From: Macrostomum lignano | Taxonomy: Eukaryota | Assembly (NCBI GenBank): GCA_002269645.1 | Contig: NIVC01000486.1 | Span: forward strand, 310,001 to 374,000 | Direction of reading: 5' to 3' | Length of the DNA stretch: 64,000 bases | In this document: one piece after another, positions 1 through 13,553 of the stretch | Layout: every line of letters starts with the position of its first letter | Numbering within the stretch: position 1 is the first letter of the stretch | Position numbers and translations under genes: made by a program | Notes under the pieces: generated by a model | Told to the model about the DNA's origin: nothing | The model's input: the letters and a program-made list of their open reading frames with translations, nothing else | Database searches by the model: none

Positions 1-499
1 CTCCCAAACCATTTTTTACCTACCACAGCGTTGGAGAAAGCGACGGATTTCTTGGGTAATTTGTTCGTTTTGCTTTGTTTTGCTTTTGCTGTGTTGACTT
101 TTAGTCACAGTTTACTTATAGTATGAGTACTTTATTTGTTGCTTTGCTTTGTTGCTTATCTAAACTAACTCTTTGTATTATTGTGCTTCTGTTTTGTAAA
201 ACGACTTGCACTTCCAGCATAAATTTCCATTTAGAATTTTGTTTTAAAGCGATAAGGTTTTCTTCAACTAGTCAATCTTTGTGAGATATACCTGCCCAAA
301 TGGGATTCTATGAGATTTCCTTCTGAAACTATTTGTTGTGCTTTTATTTCACTACTTTCGCGATTTAAACAAAAAGTACTACCTGAAATATTTGAGCATA
401 ATTTGATCAAATATTGGCTATCAGTTACTTTATGAATTGATCAAGACTAGTGACTAAACATTGCTAGTGAACTTCAAGGTAAGTACTGGCTAAGCAGGG

Positions 500-935
500 G
501 TTCAGGTTACATGTCAAGTGAGGTTCAGGCAACAGGTCAAGTGAGGTTCAGGCAACAGGTCAAGTGAGGTTCAGGCAATGGGTCAAGTGAGGTTCAGGCA
601 ACAGGTCAAGTGAGGTTCAGGCAACAGATCAAGTGAGGTTCAGGCAACAGGTCAAGTGAGGTTCAGGCAACATGTCAAGTGAGGTTCAGGCAACAGGTCA
701 AGTGAGGTTCAGGCAACATGTCAAGTGAGGTTCAGGCAACAGGTCAAGTGAGGTTCAGGCAACAGGTCAAGTGAGGTTCAGGCAACATGTCAAGTGAGGT
801 TCAGGCAACATGTCAAGTGAGGTTCAGGCAACAGGTCAAGTGAGGTTCAGGCAACATGTCAAGTGAGGTTCAGGCAACAGGTCAAGTGAGGTTCAGGCAA
901 CAGGTCAAGTGAGGTTCAGGCAATGGGTCAAGTAA
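500..935. repeat. 23-bp minisatellite (intronic)
   Basis: Unit GGTCAAGTGAGGTTCAGGCAACA, roughly 19 copies. Confidence 0.95.
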
Positions 936-1017
936 GGCTTATCCAGCATACTAAAACAACAAAATATCATATCTTGGCCAGTCCGGCAAAATTTATAACC
1001 CTTCGTCCCGCCGTCAG

Positions 1018-4000
1018 ATCTGATGAGGCCAGCTCCTGCGAAGAGGACTTTGAAGCGGCCGCGGCTGCCGCAGGCCTGGGCGACTCGGAGGACAGGGACA
1101 ACGTATTCGCCATGGACGCCGCCAAGGAGCTGCAGATTCGCGCCCTGATGGAGGCGCGCCTATTGAAGAGGCCGAAAAAGGCTGATCGCCAGGTCCGGGA
1201 CGATAACCAGTCCACCAGCTCGTCTGAGGCCGCCGCTGCCGCCGCTGTTGCCGCGGTGAAAACCGAGCAAGATAAAGCTCGAGTCAAACTGCTCCAAGCC
1301 ATGGAGATCACCAGACGGTGGAATCAGACTGCGCCGGAGCCGTCCGGCGAGTCCCTCAACGCCGCCGCCGTCGCCGCCGCCGCAGCCGCAGCCGCCGCCA
1401 CCGCCACCGCTCCTCCGACCGCCTCGGCCGGCTACGACACTTTAAAACGATTGCGCAAAATGAAGGAGTCGTTTTTCTCGCAGGAGAGCAAAGGACTGTC
1501 ATTGCATACGCAGTTTATTGCGCAGCGAAATTTGCAGATGCTGCGCAACTCCGAGGTTGACGACATGCCGCAGGAAGTGGCCGGTGAGATGGCGCTTATT
1601 TGTTATTAAGAGGGGCTGTCGCGTGTTATTGCAGTAGTCATACTGTGACTCACATTATCTTGGAGTGACTCAGATTGATTTTATTGACGTGATCATTAAG
1701 TGAATCACATTATATTGGCATGATCACAGAGTGACTCATTATATTGGCATGATCATAGAGTGTCTCATTATATTGGCATGATCAAAGAGTGACTCATTAT
1801 ATTGGCATGATCAAAGAGTGACTCATTATATTGGCATGATCATAGAGTGACTCATTATATTGGCATGATCATAGAGTGACTCATTATATTGGCATGATCA
1901 TAGAGTGACTCATTATATTGGCATGATCAAAGAGTGACTCATTATATTGGCATGATCAAAGAGTGACTCATTATATTGGCATGATCATAGAGTGACTCAT
2001 TATATTGGCATGATCATAGAGTGACTCATTATATTGGCATGATCATAGAGTGACTCATTATATTGGCATGATCATAGAGTGACTCATTATATTGGCATGA
2101 TCATAGAGTGACTCATTATATTGGCATGATCAAGACTCACATGTTATTAAATGATCATGAAGGGACTTATTTTATAATGATAAAGTAACATAGTAACTCG
2201 GCACTATAGCAGGATGACTCATAGGCTCGATCTCAAGTTCGGTGGCTCATTTGAAAGCTAATATTCAAAGATTTAAAAGCTGTGAGCAAGCAGGCTACAA
2301 ATAATCCCATATATCCCATCAAAAGTGCAAGTTAGACGGGCACTATATAGCAGAGCACAAGCCCCTAGAACACTATAAGCTAAACGGGTGCCTTTGCAAT
2401 GCATAGTCAGGGGAGTCAATCTAGAAGGTCGCGCAGGCCGCTTCGATGCCAACGGAGTCGCAGAAACCCTCTCATAGTTAGATAGAAGCAGAGGCAGTTT
2501 CTCTTTTCAAGAATTTTTAGTCCGCGCAACTGCGACTTGACTTTCCTTCTTCTTTTCGTATCATCGCCCCCCCCCTGATCCAGAGAGTCGCCACCTCATT
2601 TCAGAGCCCCGCCTCAGCCCCCCACCCCGATCCGCTCCCTCATTCTCTCCTCCCGTCCGTTCTCCGCTCTCTCCTTTCGGCGGCTTCACTCTCGGGGGTT
2701 TTCACTAGCTTTCGCGTTTTTTTTCGGTTGGCGTGCGCGCACGATAGGCCGTGTAAAGTGCAAAGTCTGCGGCTCTGGGATAGCGGCTGGGGTTGGGTAG
2801 ACTTCCCCTTATCCCGTGATTATTCTATGCGATCCTTTATGGCCGGATAGTCTCACTTTCTACTCGTCCGGCCTTGGCCTCTCTCATCTCTTATTCAAGT
2901 CTCCCTGACGCCAGTCATTTTGTTTGACCTGCCAGTTTCATTTGACTGCAGATTTGCTCAGCAATTTCTCTGAAACTATTGTTGTTAATCTGGGGCTGCA
3001 CTTTCTGATTCTTGGACTGGACTGGGATGTCAGCTTCTCCAATCATTCAGGTTAGGCCAGCCTCCCAGATCCTCAGTTGCTGGGCCAGCCTCCCAGATCC
3101 TCAGTTGCTGGGCCACCCTCCCAGATCCTCAGTTGCTGGGCCAGCCTCCCAGAGTGTCAGTTGCTGGGCCAGCCTCCCAGATCCCCAGTTGCTGTGCCAG
3201 CCTCCCAGATCCCCAGTTGCTGGGCCAGCCTCCCAGATCCCCAGTTGCTGTGCCAGCCTCCCAGAGTGTCAGTTGCTGGGCCAGCCTCCCAGATCCCCAG
3301 TTGCTGTGCCAGCCTCCCAGACCCCCAGTTGCTGGGCCAGCCTCCCAGATCCCCAGTTGCTGTGCCAGCCTCCCAGAGTGTCAGTTGCTGGGCGAGCCTC
3401 CCAGATCCTCAGTTGCTCAGCCTCCCAAATCCTCAGTTGCTGGGCCAGCCTCCCAGAGTGTCAGTTGCTGGGCCAGCCTACCAGATCCTCAGTTGCTGGG
3501 CCAGCCTCCCAGAGTGTCATTTGCTGGGCCAGCCTTTCAGATCCTCAGTTGCTGGGCCAGCCTTTCAGATCCTCAGTTGCTGGGCCAGCCTCCCAGAGTG
3601 TCAGTTGCTGAGCCAGCCTCCCAGATCCTCAGTTGCTGGGCCAGCCTCCCAGAGTGTCAGTTGCTGGGCCAGCCTACCAGATCCTCAGTTGCTGGGCCAG
3701 CCTCCCAGATCCTCAGTTGCTGGGCCAGCCTCCCAGATCCTCAGTTGCTGGGCCAGCCTCCCAGAGTGTCAGTTGCTGGGCCAGCCTCCCAGATCCTCAG
3801 TTGCTGGGCCAGCCTCCCAGAGTGTCAGTTGCTGGGCCAGCCTTTCAGATCCTTATTCGCCAGGCCAGTCTCCCTTAAAATCCTTAGTAGCTGGGCCGCC
3901 ATCCTTTCGAGTACAAGTGTGTCTAATCAAATTAATCTGCATAGGCGATCTTATAGTTTTCGTATCTGTAGCATAGTAGCGAGGTTTAGTTCTGTTTAAC

Positions 4001-7000
4001 ACAGGCTACATGTACCGTATTGTTCGGTATTTCTGCAGAAGCAGCGGCTAAATAACTTGATTTTCCAGCTGACGATCTTAAGAAACTATTTAAAGTGAAA
4101 GTTGTGGTAATTTTACAAAGGGGGCGAAAACTGCATTCTTACAGAAAATAGTAAATTGCGCAGATAATTGCGGATCATAAAATCTAACTATGATTTCACC
4201 CTTCAGTTTCTCCGGAATCGTTGCGCATTTGCATGCGTAGTTTGGTTTTCATTTTGCGTTTTTAATTTCACGGAAAGTTATAATATATATTGAGTTGTTT
4301 ATCCCGTATAAAACTAGAACGGTCACATTTTTACTATGTGACCGTTTTGTTACCCTCAAACAACGGTATCGCATGTGAACCTCCATTGCGAACCTTATAT
4401 GTGACCGTCGAATGAACGGTCACTCATGAGACCATCAATCAATGTGACTCACAAATGTGACCGTTTATTTGATGGTCACATTATTAACTGACGGTCACAT
4501 CATGCACTTGGCGGTCACATCATGGTCACACTTGGCGGTCACATCATGGTCACACTTGACGGTCACATTACAGTCACACTTGACGGTCACATTACAGTCA
4601 CACTTGACGGTCACATTACGGTCACACTTGACGGTCACATTACGGTCACACTTGACGGTCACATTACAGTCACACTTGACGGTCGCATTACAGTCACAAT
4701 TGACGGTCACAGGCGTGACAATCAGCGTCACACTTGATAGTTACATCACGGTCACATTTGACGGTCACACTTGACGGTCAAAAGCGTGACAAGCAGTGTC
4801 ACAATTTTAACGGTCACCAAAAATGTGACCACCTAAGAATTATAGGGTTGCGAATTCTCAGCATGGAAATTGCTTATCTGACTCAAACTTTCTTTTGAGT
4901 GCAATCTAAAATAGCAAAGGCGGGCTTGGGCGTTTCGGTGTACACGCAATGTACGCACACCTGGGTTATAAACACTGGCGCTTGTTTTGTGTTTATCGGT
5001 TCGCACCGACAAACTCAGCCAGTTTTTAAGGCATTAGCAATTTCCGTAAACCTCCGTAAACAGTGGATCTCAACCTGGACGCCGACCCCACGAAAGCGCG
5101 CCAGCTGATGCACCAGGTGGCCACGCCCGGCAGCAGCGAACGCTTAGACGACTCCTTTGACTACGTGTTCGCCGAGGCCGACTTGCACGACGGCAATGTC
5201 GACACTGCGTCTGACGAATTCCTGGCCAGCCTGGAGTCGGCCAGGCGGGAGATACAGCGTCGCCGAGCCGATCGGGAGGCTGCGCTGGACGCCGCCGAGC
5301 TCGCGGCCGGCCGGCCTCATCAAATTAAACACGCCCCGTCGCCCTACGAGGCCTATTTCCCCGAGGGAAATTTTCCCGACGCCGATAGTCAGTCGGTTTG
5401 GACCTACGATTCTTCCGGCACGCCAACTGAAGCGGCTAGTAGGGCCACTTCCGGTCGGGCTACGCCTGTGCTGGACCGGATGCTGGAGCAGAATCTGGCT
5501 ATGATGCCGATTTTTACTACTAATGCTGCTGCGGCCACGGCTGCTACTATTAGTAGTAGCAGCGCGGCTAGCAAGGCTCAGACGGCCTTATTGTCAGCGG
5601 TGGCGGCGGCGGCGGCGGCGGCGGCGGCTGCGGACGCTCCGTTAGCCGCGGCAGAGAAACCAGCGCCAGAGGCAGCGGCTCGGGTTCGAATCCCGGCCCC
5701 GGCGGATGTGACGCCGTCGCAGACGCAGCCGCAGCCACAGTCGCAGTCACCGTCGAAGGTGGCAGCACAGTCGGCTACTACAGCGCCAGCGACATCAACA
5801 GCTGCTACTGTTAGTAGTCAGCAGAGAAAAGCTGCGCCTCAAAGCGGCGATCGCGTTAAAATTGTTCCGCTAACGCAGCCGGCATTTCCCGACATGTACA
5901 AGGAGCTGGCCTACAGTCAGGCGTCGTTGAACATTGTCAGCTACTTCGGCGGCGGCCCTGGCGCCATCGACATTCCGCTGGACGGCGACGGCGAAGGTAA
6001 CGCGGGCAACGACGACGGAGACGACGCCGACGACAACGCGCCGGGTAGCCGAGCTTCGCGGGCCGTTCTCGACACCGACCTGGAATCGTCTGACGACGAC
6101 GACGATATCGGTGGTCGGTATCAGGGCGGCCAAGACGGCGACGGCGATGACGACGACGACGACGACGACGACGATGCTAAGACTGTAGACGGGGGCAGCG
6201 GCGCCGAGAACGACGACTTCGACGACGAAGGTAGAGGTGCGAAGCCGCCGGCCACGGCTACAGCAATGTCGCCTCCACCTCCGATGCAGCTGTCCGGCAT
6301 GATCGCCTCGCCGTCCGGCTTGACGTCGCCCTCCAGCGCCGCCTCGGTGGTGACAGCCGAGGAGCTCAACTCCCGTCGGCAGCAGCCGTCGACCACAACA
6401 ACTGCGACGACAAACACCGAGGACGACGGCGACGATAATGACAGCCAGTACGACGATGTTAAAGTCGAAGGCGAGGCCGAGGCGCAGCCCTCAGCTCAGG
6501 GCGGCGGTCGGTTGAAGAAATTTTTCAAGCCGTCAGCGTCTCGCTCGAAAGCCAAGAAGAAGCGCAAGTTGACGAAGGCCCAGCGCGAGCAGCAGCAGCA
6601 ACAGCAGCAGCAAAAGCAGAGGCAGAAAAAGTCTTCCGGTACAAGCAACGGGGAGAGCGGCGCAGCTCGAGATAAGAATGCGACAACTTCCGAGACGGAG
6701 CACAGCGATACTCCTACGCCTGACGCTGTGCCAGCTTCCCGCCGGCATCAACCTCAGCAGCAGCAACAGCAGCAGCCCACCCGCCCATCCAGCGTGTACT
6801 CCCGCTACTCCTTGTCCGATTCGCTGCGGCAGGAGATCGACTCCCTGCTGCCCGACAGCGTGCCCGGCAGCGAAAAGCGCGACGAAGCCGGCAAGGAATT
6901 GCGCGAGAAAATCTCGCGAGCTCAGGTGAAATCCCGGCATCCAGCCGAAATGCCAATGAATTTGTCCATGTCCGTAATCCACCACCCAGGCCTCTAATCT

Positions 7001-8500
7001 GATACAGGCACTGCCTTTATTTAATTCGGGCCTCATAATAGCCCTACCCTGGTGAGATAATCTACCCTACTCTACTAGGATAATCTACCCTGCTCTATCT
7101 ACCCTACTCTACTGGGATAATCTACCCTGCTCTATCTACCCTACTCTACTGGGATAATCTACCCTACTCTACTGGGATAATCTACCCTACTCTACTGGGA
7201 TAATCTACCCTGCTCTACTGGGATAATCTACCCTACTCAACTGGGATAATCTACCCTGCTCTATCTACCCTACTCTACTGGGATAATCTACCCTACTCTA
7301 ATGGGATAATCTTCCCTGCTCTACTGGGATAATCTACCCTACTCTACTGGGATAATCTACCCTGCTCTACTGGGATAATCTACCCTGCTCTATCTACCCT
7401 ACTCTACTGGGATAATCTACCCTGCTCTATCTACCCTACTCTACTGGGATAATCTACCCTGCTCTATCTACCCTACTCTAATGGGATTATCTACCCTACT
7501 CTACTTGGATAATCTACCCTGCTCTATCTACCCTACTCTAATGGGATTATCTACCCTACTCTACTAGGATAATCTACCCTGTTCTACTGAGATAATCGTC
7601 TTAATCTACTGAGATAATCACCGCCCATCCGTGATTGCTTTCGTATCCAGCCATCACCCAACAAGAATCGAACCCTCCACTGAACCTCATCTCGCACAGG
7701 CGCGTACAGCGGAAGTTGAAGCCGAGCGCTCCGAACTGGCCTCGGCCGCCGCCTCAGGGCAAGCCATCGACAACAAGCGATTAGTGGCCCTAGTCGAAGA
7801 GAAAGACGCCCTACTAAGGCTGGAGTTTGAGCTCGCCTGCGAATTAAAAGAGCTAGAATTATTGGAGTTGGAAGAGAAGTTGCTGGATTGCTTCCGCAGG
7901 CTGATGTCGCTGCCGCAGTCGGAGCGCACCGATCATCACGACTCTCTGGAGCGGGGCATTGTTCGGATGCGGCTCGATGTCACCTGCGAACGGGATCGGC
8001 TGGTTGCCGAGCTGGAGGACCTCAGGCTCAGGTGAGCTATCAAACTCCCCAGCTCCCCAGTTCCCGAGTGAGGATCGGCTATTATCCCCATCCCCAGTTC
8101 CCATTTGGGGATCGGCTATCATCCCTTCCCCATCCCCAGTTCCCGTGTGGGGATCGGCTATCATCCCCTTCCTCATCCCAGTTCCCATTTGGGGATCGGC
8201 TATCATCCCCTTCCCCATCCCAGTTCCCGTGGGTGGATCGGCTATCACCCCTTCCCCATCCCAGTTCCCGTGGGTGGATCGGCTATTATCCCTTTCCCCA
8301 TCCCCAGTTCCCTTGTGGGGATCGGCTCCCTAACGTGTTCCCCACAATGGCCACCGTCACTCGGCAGGGAGGCGGACGCTGACGCGGCCAAGGCGGACAT
8401 TCTTCGCCGCAAAGGCGTGCTGCCCGAGCCCGAAGATCAGGCTGGCGCCGCCGCGGACCTCATTAGGCAGGGCGCATCCAAGGAGTCCCAGCTGATCTGA
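1018..8500 (+). CDS. bMERB (DUF3585) domain protein, MICAL/MICAL-like/EHBP1 type; 5' part lies outside the window
   Basis: Exons 1018-1583, 5064-6925, 7700-8031 and 8368-8500 (stop TGA). All junctions are GT-AG with matching phases (1, 0, 2). Exon 7700-8031 encodes LVALVEEKDALLRLEFELACELKELELLELEEKL...ERGIVRMRLDVTCERDRLVAELEDLRLR, which matches the bMERB helical pattern. The upstream exons are low-complexity (Ala/Asp/Gln-rich). Confidence 0.75.
1705..2133. repeat. 29-bp minisatellite (intronic)
   Basis: Unit CATTATATTGGCATGATCATAGAGTGACT, roughly 14-15 copies. Confidence 0.95.
3050..3855. repeat. 28-bp minisatellite (intronic)
   Basis: Unit CAGTTGCTGGGCCAGCCTCCCAGATCCT with AGTGT/ATCCC variants. 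It explains the overlapping spurious ORFs at 3012-3999. Confidence 0.95.
4303..4847. mobile_element. Small non-autonomous CMC/EnSpm-like element with internal 24-bp tandem array
   Basis: Left end is CCCGTATAAAACTAGAACGGTCACAT; the right-end reverse complement is CCCTATAATTCTTAGGTGGTCACAT, an imperfect TIR. ACGGTCAC motifs occur in both orientations near the ends, with the unit ACGGTCACATTACAGTCACACTTG inside. There is no clean TSD. Confidence 0.5.
7053..7615. repeat. 23-bp minisatellite with shorter subunit variants (intronic)
   Basis: Unit GGATAATCTACCCTACTCTACTG interleaved with TCTACCCTGCTCTA. Confidence 0.92.
8050..8330. repeat. About 43-bp minisatellite filling the last intron of the bMERB gene
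   Basis: Unit CCCCATCCCCAGTTCCCATTTGGGGATCGGCTATCATCCCCTT, about 6 copies. Confidence 0.9.
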
Positions 8501-8919
8501 CTGTAGCTTCTGTTAGATTTTGTGTCTTTTCGTTGGCATAGCAACGCACGGCGCCTAATGCTGCTTTTGTCAGTTTTTTTTTTCTTCCGTGCATGTAAAA
8601 TTAATGAATATGGATTGAAGTGCACTATGTTACAGCAGCTGTTGCGTTCTGCCTGACTATGCGTTACCTTTATACGAATTATTTTTCTTACTTTACCTAC
8701 TAATACTATCCTATACTGCTTCTCCCCGCTACTACTACTAGTACCAGTTAAGCGTTTTAAAACTATTTTGTATGTAAAATTGTACCCTCTATAGAAAAAA
8801 GTGGCTAATTATTAATAAAATGGAATATTCTAATTTTATTAATTGTATTACACAACCAATTAGTGAGTGCACCGATCTCTAGTCTGCCATCCGTGGCCCC
8901 GTTTGTCTACTGTTATTGC

Positions 8920-8965
<46 letters not shown>

Positions 8966-8968
8966 GCG

Positions 8969-9005
<37 letters not shown>

Positions 9006-9008
9006 GCG

Positions 9009-9039
<31 letters not shown>

Positions 9040-9052
9040 CTGTCTGTCTGCG

Positions 9053-9083
<31 letters not shown>

Positions 9084-9150
9084 CTGTCCGTCTGTCTGTC
9101 TGTCTGTCTGTCTTAGTGTCTGTCTATCTGTCTGTCTGTCTTAGTGTCTG
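8920..9150. repeat. (GTCT)n microsatellite
   Basis: Direct reading; interrupted by GCGT, CCGT and CTTAGT. Confidence 0.97.
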
Positions 9151-10094
9151 TCTGTTGTCACTTCGATCTGCAGCAAATTCTATCTAACGAAACCTTGGCT
9201 TACCGTCTATCTTCCTGCGTGATCCAATAAAACGTATTAACTGTACATTACGAGTTGAAATATGAATTGTTTTGCTTTCAATGCTGAGCATCTTCGCTAA
9301 AATTCACTTTTCATGCCTTGCATTCACGAGACGAGCAATTTCCCGCTCTCAATTGCAATAATACCGAATTTCACCCTTGTTTATGTAGCTGCAAAATCTA
9401 CCCGAAACTCCTTCGATATTACTAACAATTGGTGAGTAGTTATGCAAGTTTATTTATTTACGCTCACATTGTATAATGCTGCTGGCTTTGCTTGAATCAT
9501 CTAATTATCAGTGATTCGATGTCTTCAAAAGTACAAAGCAAACTTTTAGACCTGTCGGCAACGCGCACGTCATTTCCTTTTTTCCCGTCTATGCATAGGA
9601 AATTTGTACTTTTGCCTTACCTCCCTGGAGTTTTAATTTCGAATCGCTAGCCGTTTGCAGTTTCTTTCCCATCATATGTACTTTTCATTTTTTCTCTTGT
9701 GCTTCTCAACTCGAGTCCATCCGATTGAGTTTCTCCGACCCCAAGTTTTTGTTTGTTTTATCTGGTCTGGTATGAATAAATTATGATCTACTGTAGGCAG
9801 AATTTCCTGATTCTGATTTTTTATAGCCTATCTAGCGCTTCTCCTTGGGGGGTCAATCTTTCTAAAAATTGGATTGGATTGTTTTTCTACACGTTAAATA
9901 AATATGATACTAATATATTTATATATTTATACAAATATTTATGCCTACTATGCATGCATCTTTCAGTAAAGAAATTCATAAATGCAATTTTTTGCTAAAC
10001 TTGTCATCCTGCTCGCCGCTCCTCAATATTGCACCCGGTTTTGTCTTCACTTCTTTTTCGCACACCAAGGAGTAGGGACTCAATTATCAGATTG

Positions 10095-13000
10095 CCCTTT
10101 GGCCAGTGATAGATTGGATGAGAAATACCCCGTACCTGTAATAAATACCCCCTCTGGCCAGTGATAGATTGGATGAGAAATACCCCGTACCTGTAATAAA
10201 TACCCCCTCTGGCCGGTGATAGATTGGATGAGAAATAACCCGTACCTGTAATAAATACCCCCTCTGGCCAGTGATAGATTCGGTAAGAAACACCCTCTTT
10301 AGCTAGTGATAGATTCGGTGAGAAATACCCTCTCTAGCTAGTGATAGATTCGGTGAGAAATACCCTCTCTAGCTAGTGATAGATTCGGTGAGAAATACCC
10401 TCTCTAGCTAGTGATAGATTCGGTGAGAAATACCCTCTCTAGCTAGTGATGATTCGGTGAGAAATACCCTCTCTAGCCAGTGATAGATTCGGTGAGAAAT
10501 AGCCTTTCTAGCCAGTGATAGATTCGGTGAGAAATACCCTCTCTAGCTAGTGATAGATTCGGTGAGAAACACCCTCTTTAGCTAGTGATAGATTCGGTGA
10601 GAAACACCCTCTTTAGCTAGTGATAGATTCGGTAAGAAATACCCTTTCTAGCCAGTGATAGAATCGGTGAGAAATACCCTCTCTAGCCAGTGATAGATTC
10701 GGTGAGAAATACCCTCTCTAGCTAGTGATAGATTCGGTGAGAAATACCCTTCTCTAGCCAGTGATAGATTCGGGAGAAACACCCTCTCTAGCTAGTGATA
10801 GATTCGGGAGAAATACCCTTTTTAGCTAGTGATAGATTCAGTGAGAAATACCCTTCTGTAGGTAGTTATAGATTCGGTGAGAAATACCCTCTCTAGCTAG
10901 TGATAGATTCGGTGAGAAATACCCTCTATAGCCAGTGATAGATTCGGTGAGAAATACCCTCTCTAGCTAGTGATAGATTCGGTGAGAAATACCCTTCTCT
11001 AGCTAGTGATAGATTCGGTGAGAAACACCCTCTTTAGCTAGTGATAGATTCGGTGAGAAACACCCTCTTTAGCTAGTGATAGATTCGGTGAGAAATACCC
11101 TCTCTAGCCAGTGATAGATTCGGTGAGAAATACCCTCTCTAGCTAGTGATAGATTCGGTGAGAAATACCCTCTCTAGCTAGTGATGATTCGGTGAGAAAT
11201 ACCCTCTCTAGCCAGTGACAGATTCGGTGAGAAATAGCCTTTCTAGCCAGTGATAGATTCGGTGAGAAATACCCTCTCTAGCTAGTGATAGATTCGGTGA
11301 GAAACACCCTCTTTAGCTAGTGATAGATTCGGTGAGAAACACCCTCTTTAGCTAGTGATAGATTCGGTAAGAAATACCCTTTCTAGCCAGTGATAGATTC
11401 GGTGAGAAATACCCTCTCTAGCCAGTGATAGATTCGGTGAGAAATACCCTCTCTAGCTAGTGATAGATTCGGTGAGAAATACCCTTCTCTAGCCAGTGAT
11501 AGATTCGGGAGAAACACCCTCTCTAGCTAGTGATAGATTCGGGAGAAATACCCTCTTTAGCTAGTGATAGATTCGGTGAGAAATACCCTTCTCTAGCCAG
11601 TGATAGATTCGGGAGAAACACCCTCTCTAGCTAGTGATAGATTCGGGAGAAATACCCTCTTTAGCTAGTGATAGATTCAGTGAGAAATACCCTTCTGTAG
11701 GTAGTTATAGATTCGGTGAGAAATACCCTCTCTAGCTAGTGATAGATTCGGTGAGAAATACCCTCTCTAGCCAGTGATAGATTCGGTGAGAAATACCCTT
11801 CTCTAGCTAGTGATAGATTCGGTGAGAAACACCCTCTTTAGCTAGTGATAGATTCGGTGAGAAACACCCTCTTTAGCTAGTGATAGATTCGGTGAGAAAT
11901 ACCCTCTCTAGCCAGTGATAGATTCGGTGAGAAATACCCTCTCTAGCTAGTGATAGATTCGGTGAGAAATACCCTCTCTAGCTAGTGATGATTCGGTGAG
12001 AAATACCCTCTCTAGCCAGTGATAGATTCGGTGAGAAATAGCCTTTCTAGCCAGTGATAGATTCGGTGAGAAATACCCTCTCTAGCTAGTGATAGATTCG
12101 GTGAGAAACACCCTCTTTAGCTAGTGATAGATTCGGTGAGAAACACCCTCTTTAGCTAGTGATAGATTCGGTAAGAAATACCCTTTCTAGCCAGTGATAG
12201 ATTCGGTGAGAAATACCCTCTCTAGCCAGTGATAGATTCGGTGAGAAATACCCTCTCTAGCTAGTGATAGATTCGGTGAGAAATACCCTTCTCTAGCCAG
12301 TGATAGATTCGGGAGAAACACCCTCTCTAGCTAGTGATAGATTCGGGAGAAATACCCTCTTTAGCTAGTGATAGATTCGGTGAGAAATACCCTTCTCTAG
12401 CCAGTGATAGATTCGGGAGAAACACCCTCTCTAGCTAGTGATAGATTCGGGAGAAATACCCTCTTTAGCTAGTGATAGATTCAGTGAGAAATACCCTTCT
12501 GTAGGTAGTTATAGATTCGGTGAGAAATACCCTCTCTAGCTAGTGATAGATTCGGTGAGAAATACCCTCTCTAGCTAGTGATAGATTCGGTGAGAAACAC
12601 CCTCTTTAGCTAGTGATAGATTCGGTGAGAAATACCCTTTCTAGCCAGTGATAGAATCGGTGAGAAATACCCTCTCTAGCTAGTGATAGATTCGGTGAGA
12701 AATACCCTCTCTAGCTAGTGATAGATTCGGTGAGAAATACCCTTTCTAGCTAGTGATAGATTCGGTGGGAAATACCCTCTTTAGCTAGTGATAGATTCGG
12801 TGGGAAATACCCTTTCTAGCTAGTGATAGATTCGGTGAGAAATACCCTTCTCTAGCCAGTGATAGATTCGGTGAGAAATACCCTTCTCTAGCCAGTGATA
12901 GATTCTGTGGGAAATACCCTCTCTAGCTAGCGATAGATTCGGGAGAAATACCCTTCTCTAGCCAGTGATAGATTCTGTGGGAAATACCCTTTCTAGCTAG

Positions 13001-13305
13001 TGATAGATTCGGTGGGAAATACCCTCTCTAGCTAGTGATAGATTCGGTGAGAAATACCCTTTCTAGCCAGTGATAGATTCGGTGGGAAATACCCTCTCTA
13101 GCTAGTGATAGATTCGGTGGGAAATACCTTCTCTAGCTAGTGATAGATTCGGTGGGAAATACCCTCTCTAGCTAGTGATAGATTCGGTGGGAAATACCCT
13201 CTCTAGCTAGTGATAGATTCGGTGAGAAATACCCTGTCTAGCCAGTGATAGATTCGGTGGGAAATACCTTCTCTAGCTAGTGATAGATTCGGTGGGAAAT
13301 ACCCT
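10095..13305. repeat. 3.2-kb satellite of 35-bp monomers with higher-order structure
   Basis: Monomer GCTAGTGATAGATTCGGTGAGAAATACCCTCTCTA, preceded by three related 55-bp units at about 10095-10270. Confidence 0.97.
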
Positions 13306-13553
13306 TCAGCAAGGGATAAAGTTGAGGAAAACCATCCCTTTGTTATAATAAAAAAGTGATAAGACTTCTCCCCTCAAGAAAGTGAAAGATCGTTGAAAAA
13401 TACAGCGGTTAATAATGAGTGAAGCTCTTTTTGTTTGTTATTTATTATACTTGACTACCAAACATTTCAGTTTACAGAATCGGTCATAAGTACGCGCATC
13501 GCGGAACTGCATTGTCAAACTGCTCGTACTGTCTTCCAATCTGATCAGCAATA

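Noticed and set aside
3012-3999. Several overlapping Pro/Ser/Gln-rich ORFs
   Set aside because: Products of the 28-bp repeat; the flanking exons (1583 to 5064) splice in phase across them.
8470-8500. Possible CaaX box at the end of the bMERB protein, as in EHBP1
   Set aside because: The terminus is KESQLI with no Cys, so there is no prenylation signal and no gene symbol was assigned.
10095-13305. Regular short repeats resembling a CRISPR array (also the 39-bp arrays)
   Set aside because: The monomers are contiguous with no unique spacers, there are no cas genes, and the context is eukaryotic.
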